Assembly (NCBI GenBank): GCA_028704635.1
Contig: JAQWFB010000001.1
Location: forward strand, 69,541-133,540
Direction of reading: 5' to 3'
DNA: 64,000 nucleotides
From: Candidatus Shapirobacteria bacterium
GTDB lineage: Bacteria; Patescibacteriota; Microgenomatia; UBA12405
Numbering within the stretch: the first letter of the stretch is position 1; every line of letters starts with the position of its first letter. The position numbers and the translations under genes are program-made. Under the pieces are notes generated by a model, which saw only the letters and a program-made list of their open reading frames with translations, was not told the origin of the DNA and did not search any database. Positions 54,425 to 64,000 of the stretch are shown in pieces.

Positions 54425-57076
54425 TTAGGGAGTAGTTGTTCCTGTTGACGAAGTAGTTGTTCCAACCAAGGCCATCGTTGGAGTTGGTAGTTTATCCCAA
54501 GGTGTATTCACTCCAATTCTAGTTTCTTTTTCTACTGTATTACCATCTTTATCAGTTGCCTTAAATTTAATTACATGAGGACCATCAGACAAGCCACTAA
54601 TAGATGTTTCGTATGGTTTTTCTGTCCAAATTTTCTTCTCCAAACCATCAATCCACATTTTAACTTCAGTAACCTTTTTGTTCGAAGCTGTGGTTACTTT
54701 AGTATTAAAATCACTCGACACAGTTGATTGATCACCTGGATAATCAATTGTTAAAGCCACTAAGCCACCACTTCTACAAAAATTTGTCGGTGGAAGATAT
54801 TTACCATTATCAGATTGCTCTGCAATCCATTTATCAATTCCCACTTGCCATCGGTTTATTCCATCAGTTGAAATTGGATCTTCTTCTTTAAAAGAAAAAT
54901 ATTCTTTAGTATCATAATTTCCATTAGACACATCTTCCAAATTTGCCAAACCAGTTGAATCCTTACAAACTTTTAAATTAACATGAATCGGATCTGATAC
55001 TGATTGTTGAGTCCCATCAATAAAATATTCCTTTTTAGAAGCAAATCCATCATGAGCCGGATAACCAGATACTGCATCAACATCAATATTTATAATTCCG
55101 CTCGGAATTGGAAAATCTTTTTTCTCTCTCTTTGGTAATTCAAAAAGCATTATTTTTCTCCAAATTGGCGCTGCTCCAGAAACACCAGAAGCCACCTTTC
55201 CCATTGGGGAGTTATCATTATTTCCAACCCATACTGCAGTCAACAAATTCGGAGTCCAGCCAATTGTCCAGTTGTCACGTAAATCATTTGTCGTTCCAGT
55301 TTTTACTGCCACCTGGTACCCAGAAATTTGAAGACTATTAACTGCTCCAAAAGTCATTGATCTAGCTGAATTATCAGATAAAATATTTGAAATAATAAAT
55401 GATTCTTGTTCTGTCATCACTTTCTCACCCTCTGGTGCTTTATATTCTTCCAACACTCTACCACTATTATCCTCAACCTTTAAAATTCCCACCGGTTGCA
55501 TACTGGTTCCACCATTAGCAAAAGCCGTATAAGCTGAAGCCAAATCAATCATTTTCACTTCAGCCCCTCCCAACGTCACCGCCAAACCAAATCTGGATAA
55601 ATTTTCATTAGTTGGTTCTAATGTCGATAAGCCCATTTTATAAGCCAAAGTTAACATGTTTTTTACCCCAACATTAGCCAAAACTTTTACTGCTACTGTA
55701 TTTATAGAATTACCCAAAGCATTTCTAAGTGACATCGGACCATTAAATTTACCATTATAATTTTCAGGACTGTAATCCTTTTGTCCAGCACCTCCAGGAA
55801 AAGTAACCGGTGTATCCATAAACATAGTTGCAGCCGTCATTCCTTTTTGAAGTCCAGCCAAATAGGTGATTGGTTTAATGGACGACCCTGGTTGTCTTAA
55901 TGCCTGAGTTACCATATTAAAATTACCATCGGTTTTAGTTGAAAAATAATCCCTCGAACCCACCATCGCTAAAACCTGACCATTAGTTGGATCCAAAACC
56001 AAAGCCGCTCCATTAGTTATTCCCAATTTTTCCGATGCATCAATTTGCTCACTTACTATTTTTTCCATCTGTTCTTGTAACTCCAAATCCAATGTCGTTG
56101 TAATTTTTAAACCACCATTTTCAACCACTTCTGCACCATATTTTTGAGTTAATAAATCTTTAATCCAAAAAACAAAATGCGCTGCTTTTGTTGTTGAATC
56201 CTCACTTCCAAAATTATAATTATTAACTTCTTCCATTGTTGCATCCGCCAATTCTTGAGTAATATATCCATCTTCAACCATTCTTGTTAACACATGATTA
56301 GTTCTATCAACATAAGCTTTTGGCGTACTTGAATAAGGTGAATAGACACTAGGTAACTGTGGCAAACCAGCCAAAATTGCACATTCTGCCAAATTTAAAT
56401 TTTTTACTTTCTTTCCAAAATATTGTTCAGCTGCCGGCCCCACTCCCCAAGAATTTCCACCATATGGTGCCTCATTCAAATACATCAACAAAATTTCATC
56501 TTTACTATACTTAGCATCAATTTGAATCGACAAAATCATTTCCTTTATTTTTCTAGTCAACGATCTTTCTGTTGTCAACAAAACATTCCTTGTTAATTGT
56601 TGTGTCAAGGTTGATCCACCAGTAACTTTTCCAAAATAAAACAAATTTTTAACAATTCTAAACGGAGTCAATAAATCAATACCACTGTGGGTATAAAAAC
56701 TTTTATCTTCTACTGCCACTGTTGCTTTCTTTAAATAATCAGGAATATCTTCTGCTACCACTGGTTCTCTTTTGGCATCATTATAAATATCAAACAAAGC
56801 ATTATCATTTCGATCATAAACCTTACTTGAATAGCCATCTCGTCTCACCACCTTCGTTGGAGATGGTAAATCTTTCGAATACCACACAAATAAAACCAAA
56901 ATAGCCACCACTCCAACTGCCAACAAAACCAAAACTACTCTAAAAAAATTAAACCAAAAACTTCTGCTCTTAATTTTAGTTCTAACATTCTCTCTCATTT
57001 TTAACCCAGATTCTGCAAATCTAAAAGAAAATTTTCTTTTCATTTTTGTAAAGAAAATAAGTAACTTTCGCTTCAT
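54425..57076 (-). CDS. Class A penicillin-binding protein (PBP1A family)
   Basis: EDKSFY, GGSTLTQQL transglycosylase; SSIK, SIN, KTGT transpeptidase motifs. Confidence 0.95.
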   Translation of the reverse strand: MKRKLLIFFTKMKRKFSFRFAESGLKMRENVRTKIKSRSFWFNFFRVVLVLLAVGVVAILVLFVWYSKDLPSPTKVVRRDGYSSKVYDRNDNALFDIYNDAKREPVVAEDIPDYLKKATVAVEDKSFYTHSGIDLLTPFRIVKNLFYFGKVTGGSTLTQQLTRNVLLTTERSLTRKIKEMILSIQIDAKYSKDEILLMYLNEAPYGGNSWGVGPAAEQYFGKKVKNLNLAECAILAGLPQLPSVYSPYSSTPKAYVDRTNHVLTRMVEDGYITQELADATMEEVNNYNFGSEDSTTKAAHFVFWIKDLLTQKYGAEVVENGGLKITTTLDLELQEQMEKIVSEQIDASEKLGITNGAALVLDPTNGQVLAMVGSRDYFSTKTDGNFNMVTQALRQPGSSIKPITYLAGLQKGMTAATMFMDTPVTFPGGAGQKDYSPENYNGKFNGPMSLRNALGNSINTVAVKVLANVGVKNMLTLAYKMGLSTLEPTNENLSRFGLAVTLGGAEVKMIDLASAYTAFANGGTSMQPVGILKVEDNSGRVLEEYKAPEGEKVMTEQESFIISNILSDNSARSMTFGAVNSLQISGYQVAVKTGTTNDLRDNWTIGWTPNLLTAVWVGNNDNSPMGKVASGVSGAAPIWRKIMLFELPKREKKDFPIPSGIINIDVDAVSGYPAHDGFASKKEYFIDGTQQSVSDPIHVNLKVCKDSTGLANLEDVSNGNYDTKEYFSFKEEDPISTDGINRWQVGIDKWIAEQSDNGKYLPPTNFCRSGGLVALTIDYPGDQSTVSSDFNTKVTTASNKKVTEVKMWIDGLEKKIWTEKPYETSISGLSDGPHVIKFKATDKDGNTVEKETRIGVNTPWDKLPTPTMALVGTTTSSTGTTTP

Positions 57077-57177
57077 TGCATTAAAATCATTAACGGAGCC
57101 AATAAACTAGACAATAATAATGCCAATAAAGTCACTACCAAAATAGTTTTTTTAATTGTATTTGACTTGATCTTCAT
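57073..57177 (-). CDS. 34-aa single-TM microprotein upstream of PBP
   Basis: MKIKSNTIKKTILVVTLLALLLSSLLAPLMILMQ*; ATGA overlap with PBP start; TGcTATGAT -10 upstream. Confidence 0.6.
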   Translation of the reverse strand: MKIKSNTIKKTILVVTLLALLLSSLLAPLMILMQ

Positions 57178-57260
57178 AAACTAATCATAGCACAAAATTA
57201 AAACTAATTAACCCCAATTAAACCCGAAAACTAAATAAATTTTTTGCTATTATTATTTCT

Positions 57261-59267
57261 ATGGACAGTCTTTCTCAAATTCCCGGCGTTGGGCCAAAAA
57301 TTATTGAAAAACTCAAACGACTCAACATCAATTATTCAAAAGATTTACTTTATCATTTTCCTAATCGTTACATCGATTTTTCCCATTCTGTCAAAATAAA
57401 TTCCATTTTGGAAAATGAAAATGTTACGATCACTGGCCAAATTTTAGATTTCAAAAATATTTTTACTAAAACTGGTAAAAATATTCAAAAAGCTATTATT
57501 ACCGATAATACTGGAAAAATAGATCTAATTTGGTTTAATCAACCCTATTTATCCAAAAATATCAAAACAGGGGATATTCTCAGTTTCGCTGGCACTGTTT
57601 CTCTTTTTCAAAATAAAAAAACCATTATCGCCCCAGAATATGGTCCTCACAACACTGGTAAAATTATCGCCGTTTATCCTGAAACCAATGGTCTAACTTC
57701 CAAATGGTTTCGCAAAATTATTCAAACTCAAATTTCAAATCTTTTAAATCCCGTCACAGAAACATTACCCACCGACTTAATTAAAAAATTTAAATTATTA
57801 GACTTAAAAACCGCTCTTCTTCAAATTCACTGTCCCACCGACTCCCAACTTCTTTCTCAAGCCAGAACCCGTCTGGCTACTGAAGAAATTTTATCTCTTC
57901 AAATTAAATCCTATCTTTCCAAAAAAGATTGGCTAAAGCAAAACCCTAAAACCAAAATTAAAATTACCAAGCCTATCGATAAAAAAATTAAAGATTTAAT
58001 AAAATCATTATCTTTTAAATTAACTGATTCTCAAAATAAAGTTATAACTGAAATTTTTTCCGATCTTACCAATCCTAATCAAGTTATGAATCGGCTTCTT
58101 CAAGGCGATGTTGGTTCGGGTAAAACCATCGTCGCCCTACTTTCTTGTTATTTAACTCATCTAAATAATTCTTTGTCTGTTTTAATCGCCCCTACTGAAA
58201 TTTTAGCTCATCAACACTACCAAAATTTTCAAGATATTTTAAAAGACAAAAATATTCCTATTTTCCTAATGACTGGCTCCAAAAAAATCGACCTCAAAAA
58301 AATCCCTAAAAACGCAATAATTATTAGTACCCATGCCATAATTTATAAAAAAGATAACCTAAAAAACAAAATTTCTCTTTTAATCATCGACGAACAACAT
58401 AAATTTGGGGTCAAACAACGATCTTTTTTAAATTCCTCAACAAAATTACCACACTGTTTAACCATGACCGCTACTCCAATTCCTCGAACCATCAGTCTAA
58501 CATTACTTGGTAACTTAGACATTTCCATTATTGATACTCTTCCTCAAAATCGCCTTCAAATTAAAACCTTTCTGGTTCCTGATACTAAAAAAATCAATTG
58601 TTATAAATGGATTGAGACCGAAATTAAAAAAACCGGTTGTCAAGCATTCATTGTTTGCCCATTCATCGATATTTCCGAGTCCATGGCCAGTGTTAAATCT
58701 GCCATCAAAGAATTTGAATTTTTATCAAAAAATATTTTCCCAAATCTAAAATTAGGCCTAATTCATGGCAAAATTAAATCAGAAACTCGCCAAAAAATAA
58801 TTAAACAATTCCAAGATAATAAAATTAATATTCTTATTACCACTCCTATTATTGAAGTCGGTGTCGATATTCCCAATTCTTCCATTATTATTATTCAATC
58901 AGCCGACCGCTTTGGTTTAGCTCAGCTTCACCAGCTCCGCGGTCGAGTTGGCAGGGGACACCAACAAAGTTTCTGTTATCTTTTTACTGAATCCCAAAAT
59001 TCCAAAGCCATAAATCGTCTTGAATTTTTAGAAAAAAACCATAATGGTCTAAAAATCGCTGAATATGATTTAAAAAATAGGGGACCAGGTGAAGCTTTTT
59101 CTACTATTCAACATGGTTTTCCCTCTCTAAAAATTGCCAGTTTCTCCGATGCTAAATTAATCAGTTTCAGTCAAGAAATTTTAAAAGAAATTATTAAAAA
59201 TTATCCCGAATTTAATTTTTCTCAAATCATTTCCGAAAACATTATTTCCGAATCAATCAATAATTAA
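57261..59267 (+). CDS. recG: ATP-dependent DNA helicase RecG
   Basis: QGDVGSGKT, DEQHKFG, MTATPIPRT, QLHQLRGRVGRG. Confidence 0.97.
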   Translation: MDSLSQIPGVGPKIIEKLKRLNINYSKDLLYHFPNRYIDFSHSVKINSILENENVTITGQILDFKNIFTKTGKNIQKAIITDNTGKIDLIWFNQPYLSKNIKTGDILSFAGTVSLFQNKKTIIAPEYGPHNTGKIIAVYPETNGLTSKWFRKIIQTQISNLLNPVTETLPTDLIKKFKLLDLKTALLQIHCPTDSQLLSQARTRLATEEILSLQIKSYLSKKDWLKQNPKTKIKITKPIDKKIKDLIKSLSFKLTDSQNKVITEIFSDLTNPNQVMNRLLQGDVGSGKTIVALLSCYLTHLNNSLSVLIAPTEILAHQHYQNFQDILKDKNIPIFLMTGSKKIDLKKIPKNAIIISTHAIIYKKDNLKNKISLLIIDEQHKFGVKQRSFLNSSTKLPHCLTMTATPIPRTISLTLLGNLDISIIDTLPQNRLQIKTFLVPDTKKINCYKWIETEIKKTGCQAFIVCPFIDISESMASVKSAIKEFEFLSKNIFPNLKLGLIHGKIKSETRQKIIKQFQDNKINILITTPIIEVGVDIPNSSIIIIQSADRFGLAQLHQLRGRVGRGHQQSFCYLFTESQNSKAINRLEFLEKNHNGLKIAEYDLKNRGPGEAFSTIQHGFPSLKIASFSDAKLISFSQEILKEIIKNYPEFNFSQIISENIISESINN

Positions 59268-59273
59268 CTTTAT

Positions 59274-59304
59274 AACTTGATAAACTTGATAAACTTGATA
59301 AACT
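59274..59304. repeat. Tandem 9-bp repeat AACTTGATA x3
   Basis: Direct reading of the recG-rpmF intergenic region. Confidence 0.8.
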
Positions 59305-59311
59305 ACTAACC

Positions 59312-59464
59312 ATGACAGCAGTACCAAAACATTGGCCATCTAGTCGCCGACAAGGCAAAAGAAGAGCCGCTCAAACTGGCCCTAAAATAGCCAAAACCGT
59401 AAATTGTAAACATTGTGGTCAACCCAAAATGGCTGGTTTTCAATGCCCTAATTGCAAACAGTGA
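59312..59464 (+). CDS. rpmF: 50S ribosomal protein L32 (not in ORF track)
   Basis: MTAVPKHWPSSRRQGKRR...CKHCG...CPNC; upstream of nusB. Confidence 0.92.
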   Translation: MTAVPKHWPSSRRQGKRRAAQTGPKIAKTVNCKHCGQPKMAGFQCPNCKQ

Positions 59465-59871
59465 AAAATAAATTCGATCCACGTCATCTAAAAAGAATTA
59501 AAAATATTCAAGCATTATTTGCTTGGGGTTGTGGCGGTATCGAAGTCAAAACCGAAGAATTCGATAAAATTGTCAAATCTGTTCCAGAAATCGACATTAT
59601 CATTCAAGAAAACGCTCCAAAATGGCCACTCGACAAAATTAATAAAATTGATTTAAGCGTTTTAAGATACACTTTTTGGGAGTTGTTTTATTTAAAGAAA
59701 AATCCACCAAAAGTTGTCATCGATGAAGCCATTGAAATTGCCAGAGAATATGGAACTGAATCTAGTTCTTCTTTTGTTAATGGTGTTATTGGCAGCGCTA
59801 TTAAAAAATCTAAACTAGATGTTAATCAAGAATCAGAATATGAACCAGAATCTCCAGAATCTTCAAAATAA
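59461..59871 (+). CDS. nusB: Transcription antitermination factor NusB (GTG start overlapping rpmF stop)
   Basis: APKWP..IDLSVLR..PPKVVIDEAIEIAREYG..FVNGV. Confidence 0.93.
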   Translation: MKNKFDPRHLKRIKNIQALFAWGCGGIEVKTEEFDKIVKSVPEIDIIIQENAPKWPLDKINKIDLSVLRYTFWELFYLKKNPPKVVIDEAIEIAREYGTESSSSFVNGVIGSAIKKSKLDVNQESEYEPESPESSK

Positions 59872-60538
59872 AATTGACTACACTTTCAAAGACGAGAAAA
59901 AGTTAGAACAAGCCTTAACCCATCGTTCCTTTTTAAACGAAAACCGTAGCCAAAATTTACAATCAAACGAAACTTACGAATTTTTAGGTGACTCTATCCT
60001 TGAATTTTGGATTTCCGACAAACTTTTTCATAAATTTCCGGAATTTAACGAGGGAGATTTGACTAATCTCAGAGCTCTAATCGTTTGTACTGAAAATTTA
60101 GCCTTAACATCAATAAAAATCGGGTTGGGAGATTTTATTTTACTTTCTAAGGGTGAAGAACGACATGGTGGTCGAACCAACCATTCCATTCTTGCCGATA
60201 CCTTCGAATCAGTTCTTGGATCAATTTTTCTTGATGGTGGTATTGCTCCGGCCTTTAAGTTCTTAGAAAAAACTCTCAATCCAAGTATTTCTGAATTATC
60301 ACAAAAAAAAGTTTACAAAGACCCTAAAAGTCTTTTTCAAGAAATTGCCCAATCAAAGAGGGGAATTACTCCTAAATATCAAACCATCGGCGAATCCGGA
60401 CCTGACCACTTAAAAGTTTTCGAAGTAGCCGTTTTTTTAAATGACGAGTTAATTGCCTCGGGTTCCGGCAATTCAAAACAAAAAGCCGAAGAAGATGCTT
60501 CAATTAAAGCTACCAAAATCCTTACTAATCTTGTATAA
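59840..60538 (+). CDS. rnc: Ribonuclease III
   Basis: ALTHRS, NETYEFLGDS, LADTFE, dsRBD DPKSLFQE...GPDH. Confidence 0.96.
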   Translation: MNQNLQNLQNKIDYTFKDEKKLEQALTHRSFLNENRSQNLQSNETYEFLGDSILEFWISDKLFHKFPEFNEGDLTNLRALIVCTENLALTSIKIGLGDFILLSKGEERHGGRTNHSILADTFESVLGSIFLDGGIAPAFKFLEKTLNPSISELSQKKVYKDPKSLFQEIAQSKRGITPKYQTIGESGPDHLKVFEVAVFLNDELIASGSGNSKQKAEEDASIKATKILTNLV

Positions 60539-60546
60539 TCCACCAT

Positions 60547-60816
60547 ATGCTAAAAATAAAACTTGCTCCTCGTGGCAAAATTCATCAAATCACCTATAGA
60601 ATCGTTATTGCTCAAGACCGCAGCAAATTAAATGGTCCAGTTATTGACGATTTAGGTTTTTACACACCTCAAACCAAAACTTTTGAAATCAATAAACAAA
60701 AATTGGCCGATTGGCAAAAAAAAGGTGCTCAAATAACTTACGGTGTCGACCGACTTCTTAATCCTTCAAAATATCCTAAAAAAGTCAAAAAAGTTGTTGA
60801 GAAAAAATCTGAATAA
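60547..60816 (+). CDS. rpsP: 30S ribosomal protein S16
   Basis: MLKIKL..YRIV..LGFY..GAQ. Confidence 0.95.
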   Translation: MLKIKLAPRGKIHQITYRIVIAQDRSKLNGPVIDDLGFYTPQTKTFEINKQKLADWQKKGAQITYGVDRLLNPSKYPKKVKKVVEKKSE

Positions 60817-60818
60817 TT

Positions 60819-61052
60819 ATGAACACCATTAAAGATACTCTAGATTATATTGTTAAAGCCATAGTTCCCGATTCAAAAGAAGTTGTTATCACTGATTCTG
60901 AAGAAAATGGATTAATCACTTTTGAAATCAGTGCTCCACCAGAAATAATTGGAAAAATTATTGGAAAGGAAGGTAAAATAATCAAATCAGTTAGAACTAT
61001 TTTAAATCTATCCCATCCAAACACTCGTTTTCTACTCAAAATTAAAGACTAA
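60819..61052 (+). CDS. KH-domain RNA-binding protein (KhpA-like)
   Basis: GKIIGKEGKII GxxG loop; follows rpsP. Confidence 0.88.
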   Translation: MNTIKDTLDYIVKAIVPDSKEVVITDSEENGLITFEISAPPEIIGKIIGKEGKIIKSVRTILNLSHPNTRFLLKIKD

Positions 61053-61797
61053 AAGGATTTTCTCTTTGATATTGTTTAAACTCTGTCGTTCCTATATTAG
61101 ATTGATTTTCTTCTATTTTAGTAAAACTACTTATCTTTTCTAACAAAGCTGATTCTTCATTTGATAAAATTAAATCGCTTAACGCAACATTACTCGTATC
61201 TATATTTATTTCATCACCAATATAATAAGAAGAAACTGTTAAATTCAATCTTGCGATATCTCCACTCGTACTAGTTTCAAATCTATCAATAAATAAAATA
61301 GGTAAAGTTCTTTCCAAAGCCGATATTAATTCTAACTTTTTATCTTTTGGTCCATCTAATGATAAATTTATTGGCATTTTAACCATATTTCCCAAAGAAG
61401 TTTTACTTTTTACTTCGTCATCTTTTAATTCACCTGGTGCCAAAGAAAAACTTTCTATTTGATAATTAAACTTACTCGCTACCCCTCTTATTATCCCCAC
61501 TAATAAATAAAACTCTTTATTCTTTAAAACCGCATTATCTAAATAGTCCGCATTTTTTTGCAATTCTTCTGAGTCTACAGAATTCAAATATTTAATTTGC
61601 TCGTTTACCTTATCAGTTTTAGAATTAATTTCATTAATTTTTTTATTTACATTCCTAATTTCATTTATTCTTGGTATTAAAATAAAATTCAAGCTAATAA
61701 AAAAAATTAAAATTAAAACCAATGGAGGCAAAAAAAGTGTCAATAATGATTTTTCTAACCCAAAAATTTTGTCTGGCAACTTAAAACCTTCTTTCAT
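61042..61797 (-). CDS. PilO-like type IV pilus assembly protein
   Basis: TM + coiled coil; third gene after pilM. Confidence 0.6.
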   Translation of the reverse strand: MKEGFKLPDKIFGLEKSLLTLFLPPLVLILIFFISLNFILIPRINEIRNVNKKINEINSKTDKVNEQIKYLNSVDSEELQKNADYLDNAVLKNKEFYLLVGIIRGVASKFNYQIESFSLAPGELKDDEVKSKTSLGNMVKMPINLSLDGPKDKKLELISALERTLPILFIDRFETSTSGDIARLNLTVSSYYIGDEINIDTSNVALSDLILSNEESALLEKISSFTKIEENQSNIGTTEFKQYQRENPFSL

Positions 61798-62336
61798 ATT
61801 AAATCAACCTCCATTTCGAATGTCCAACTATTATATCCAATGGCTACTGAATTTAATTTAGCCAAACCAAAATCAGGATACAAACCAAGATTAATATCTC
61901 TTACTTTATCTTCAACTTCACTAATATTAATTCCATTAACCATAGAACCTTTTAACAAAAACTGTTTTTTATCCTTTATTTCAAAATTTTCCAAAGTTAT
62001 ATTTTCCGAAAACAAATTCATTATTTTCTCAATCGAAGATCCATATTCAAACCTTTCTTTTAAAACCTGTCCAACCAACTTGGCCTGATATTTGTTTTTT
62101 TTACTCAAAACCACATTTGTTGCCAATGACCCATAATTATTCAATGCAGTTGTATTTTTACTTTCCGTTTTTTTTAATGAATAACTACTAAGCCAAAACC
62201 AGCTAAAAATAAACACCGCCGACAAAACCCAACATCCCAAAAAAATGCCCATCCCTAAATTAATTCTTTTTCTAAGTCTAATTTTTGCTGCCTGAAATTT
62301 CGCCACTGAAGGCAATAAATTCAATCCTTCCTTCAT
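61794..62336 (-). CDS. PilN-like type IV pilus assembly protein
   Basis: N-terminal LNLLP PilM-binding motif then TM. Confidence 0.75.
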   Translation of the reverse strand: MKEGLNLLPSVAKFQAAKIRLRKRINLGMGIFLGCWVLSAVFIFSWFWLSSYSLKKTESKNTTALNNYGSLATNVVLSKKNKYQAKLVGQVLKERFEYGSSIEKIMNLFSENITLENFEIKDKKQFLLKGSMVNGINISEVEDKVRDINLGLYPDFGLAKLNSVAIGYNSWTFEMEVDLI

Positions 62337-63358
62337 ATTAAACTCCTTAAAGCCAAACCAACAGATAAAGAAAATCTACAACCCTCAGTATTTAAATTAT
62401 AAACAGATTGAACTTTCGTTGTATCGATATTAACAAAAGGTTGCAAAACCTGAACTTCAATTCCTAATATTTTCGTTAATTCTTCAGCCATTCCCGGTAA
62501 ATTAGCACCACCACCAGTAAGAATCAAAAGTTCAGCTGGCTTTCCAATATCTTCATTAAATAAAGCCAAAGTCTTTCTTATCTCTTCACTAATATCGTTA
62601 AAAACCGGCATAATTGCAGCTCTTATTTTTCCTTCTAACTCACTTTCTTTCATTCCATAAGCTTTTTTATATTCCTCAGCTGAAGCCATATCTAAACTCA
62701 AATTTAAAGAAATCGCTCTAGTCAAAGACTCTCCTCCTACTGACAATGGTCTAGAAAAATAAACATTACTTTTATTAATACTAGAAATATCAGAATATTT
62801 TTCGCCAATATCAACCACCACCACCCTTTCAACCATTGGCGTCCCTAATTTTAAAACACGTCTTAAAGCATTAGAAGGAGATTCCAAAGCTAACAATTCT
62901 AACCCTATTGATTTAAATAATTTAAGATAGCTATTTATCAAATCATTTTTTGCTGCAATTACAAAAATATTCAACCTCCCAGCATCATCTTTCTCTATCA
63001 CTTCATAATCTATTGAAACCTGATCTAACGGAAAAGGAACAAAAGTTTCTGCTTCAAACCGTAGTGCGTCCATAATTTCACTATCTTTCAATGGAGGTAA
63101 TCTCACTAATCTACTCATAACTTCATTTTCCGGTAAACTAACTACGGTTTGTTTACTTTTTATTTTTAAATCACCCAACAAACCCTTTATTTCTTTTCCA
63201 ACTTCAATCAAAAACTTATCCCTATTAATTTCTTTATTTTCTGTTTTTGGTATTTTACTTTCACCAATTGCATTTAAAACAATTTTAGAATTGTCATCAG
63301 AAATACAGGCAATTTTTACCGTGCTTTGACCAATATCAATACCAACAATACTACTCAT
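62333..63358 (-). CDS. pilM: Type IV pilus assembly protein PilM
   Basis: VGIDIG, VPFPLD, VDIG, LTGGGA, VGLALR actin-like fold motifs. Confidence 0.93.
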   Translation of the reverse strand: MSSIVGIDIGQSTVKIACISDDNSKIVLNAIGESKIPKTENKEINRDKFLIEVGKEIKGLLGDLKIKSKQTVVSLPENEVMSRLVRLPPLKDSEIMDALRFEAETFVPFPLDQVSIDYEVIEKDDAGRLNIFVIAAKNDLINSYLKLFKSIGLELLALESPSNALRRVLKLGTPMVERVVVVDIGEKYSDISSINKSNVYFSRPLSVGGESLTRAISLNLSLDMASAEEYKKAYGMKESELEGKIRAAIMPVFNDISEEIRKTLALFNEDIGKPAELLILTGGGANLPGMAEELTKILGIEVQVLQPFVNIDTTKVQSVYNLNTEGCRFSLSVGLALRSLI

Positions 63359-63399
63359 ACAATCTAAGTATATAGATTTTCTCCATCTGACTCAAGAAC

Positions 63400-64000
63400 T
63401 TATTCAATCGCATTCTTAGCAGTAATAGCATCCAACATAAAGGAAGGGAATTGATAGACATATCTGGTTTTAATTTGAGTTTTAACACCATTATCAGTAC
63501 TACTAGCAGCAGTTATTTCTTCTCCCTGAACAGGAAACTCAGAATCACCGGAAATTTTTATTTTAGCAGAGCCGCCTAATGGGGTTACTGAAACCAATAA
63601 AGATTTTTTACCGGTTACAGATATTTTATTACTACAATCAAAGTTAAAACCGACAAAATTAACATTAGGAACTGAAGGAGGACAACCAAATCTATCAACC
63701 TTATAATCAGATCCATCAATGTAAAAATAATCTATTTTTAAGGCAACATTGGTATTATCCGCCTCGATTTTAAAATCACTTTGATAATAAGTTGATCCAA
63801 TTTTATTATTATCATGATTAACTAACCAAAATAATTGATTTGTATTAGCCAAAACTACACCTTCTGTAGAAATTTCTTTAACATTATTACCACCAATTGA
63901 AGTAGAGGCTACAGTGGCACCACTACCCTCAGTTGAATAACTAGTTTTATTACTATCAGTTAAATAATTATTAATTGCTGATTCAGCTGTATTAAAAGCT
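63400..64000 (-). CDS. PilX-like minor pilin (5' part outside window)
   Basis: Frame stays open to window end, reading AFNTAESAI..., resembling the PilX N-terminal AF.AAE motif; upstream of pilM. Confidence 0.55.
   Translation of the reverse strand, partial: AFNTAESAINNYLTDSNKTSYSTEGSGATVASTSIGGNNVKEISTEGVVLANTNQLFWLVNHDNNKIGSTYYQSDFKIEADNTNVALKIDYFYIDGSDYKVDRFGCPPSVPNVNFVGFNFDCSNKISVTGKKSLLVSVTPLGGSAKIKISGDSEFPVQGEEITAASSTDNGVKTQIKTRYVYQFPSFMLDAITAKNAIE

Noticed and set aside
1251-62088. Numerous short antisense or nested ORFs in the track (e.g. 1251, 8642, 11952, 24187, 36447, 41361, 46841, 61840)
   Set aside because: Shadow ORFs overlapping well-supported genes, without motifs
1-64000. 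CRISPR array, rRNA, IS transposase, prophage structural genes
   Set aside because: None recognised by eye on either strand

Overview
AT-rich bacterial chromosome segment. The gene content (truncated trigger factor, short PheT/ThrS, type IV pilus pilMNO, many near-leaderless genes) suggests a Patescibacteria/CPR (Microgenomates-like) genome; this is an inference. Flanks carry housekeeping genes (14 tRNAs, rtcB, tgt, efp, thrS-infC-rpmI-rplT-pheST, PBP1A, recG, rpmF-nusB-rnc-rpsP). The centre (17458-41031, ~23.6 kb) is an integrative conjugative-type element inserted at the 3' end of tRNA-Leu(TAG) by a large serine recombinase whose att site lies inside its own gene, so excision would swap its C-terminal tail and create a 12-bp palindromic attP. 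The element carries a minimal T4SS (pilin, VirB6-, PrgI-, VirB4-, VirD4-like, Replic_Relax relaxase, M23 peptidase, MltG), an ABC-three-component/Lamassu-like defence operon, and an unusual diversity-generating retroelement (DGR). In the DGR, TR+RT face avd+target convergently, TR and VR differ only at TR adenines, the TR has an in-frame TAG where the VR has Trp, the RT has a 3' frameshift, and a Fic gene sits between RT and avd flanked by 17-bp direct repeats. Other oddities: a HEPN islet at tRNA-Gln, a REP-like palindrome in-frame inside pheT, a DRG-type GTPase, and tRNA genes that encode C74 but not a full CCA.
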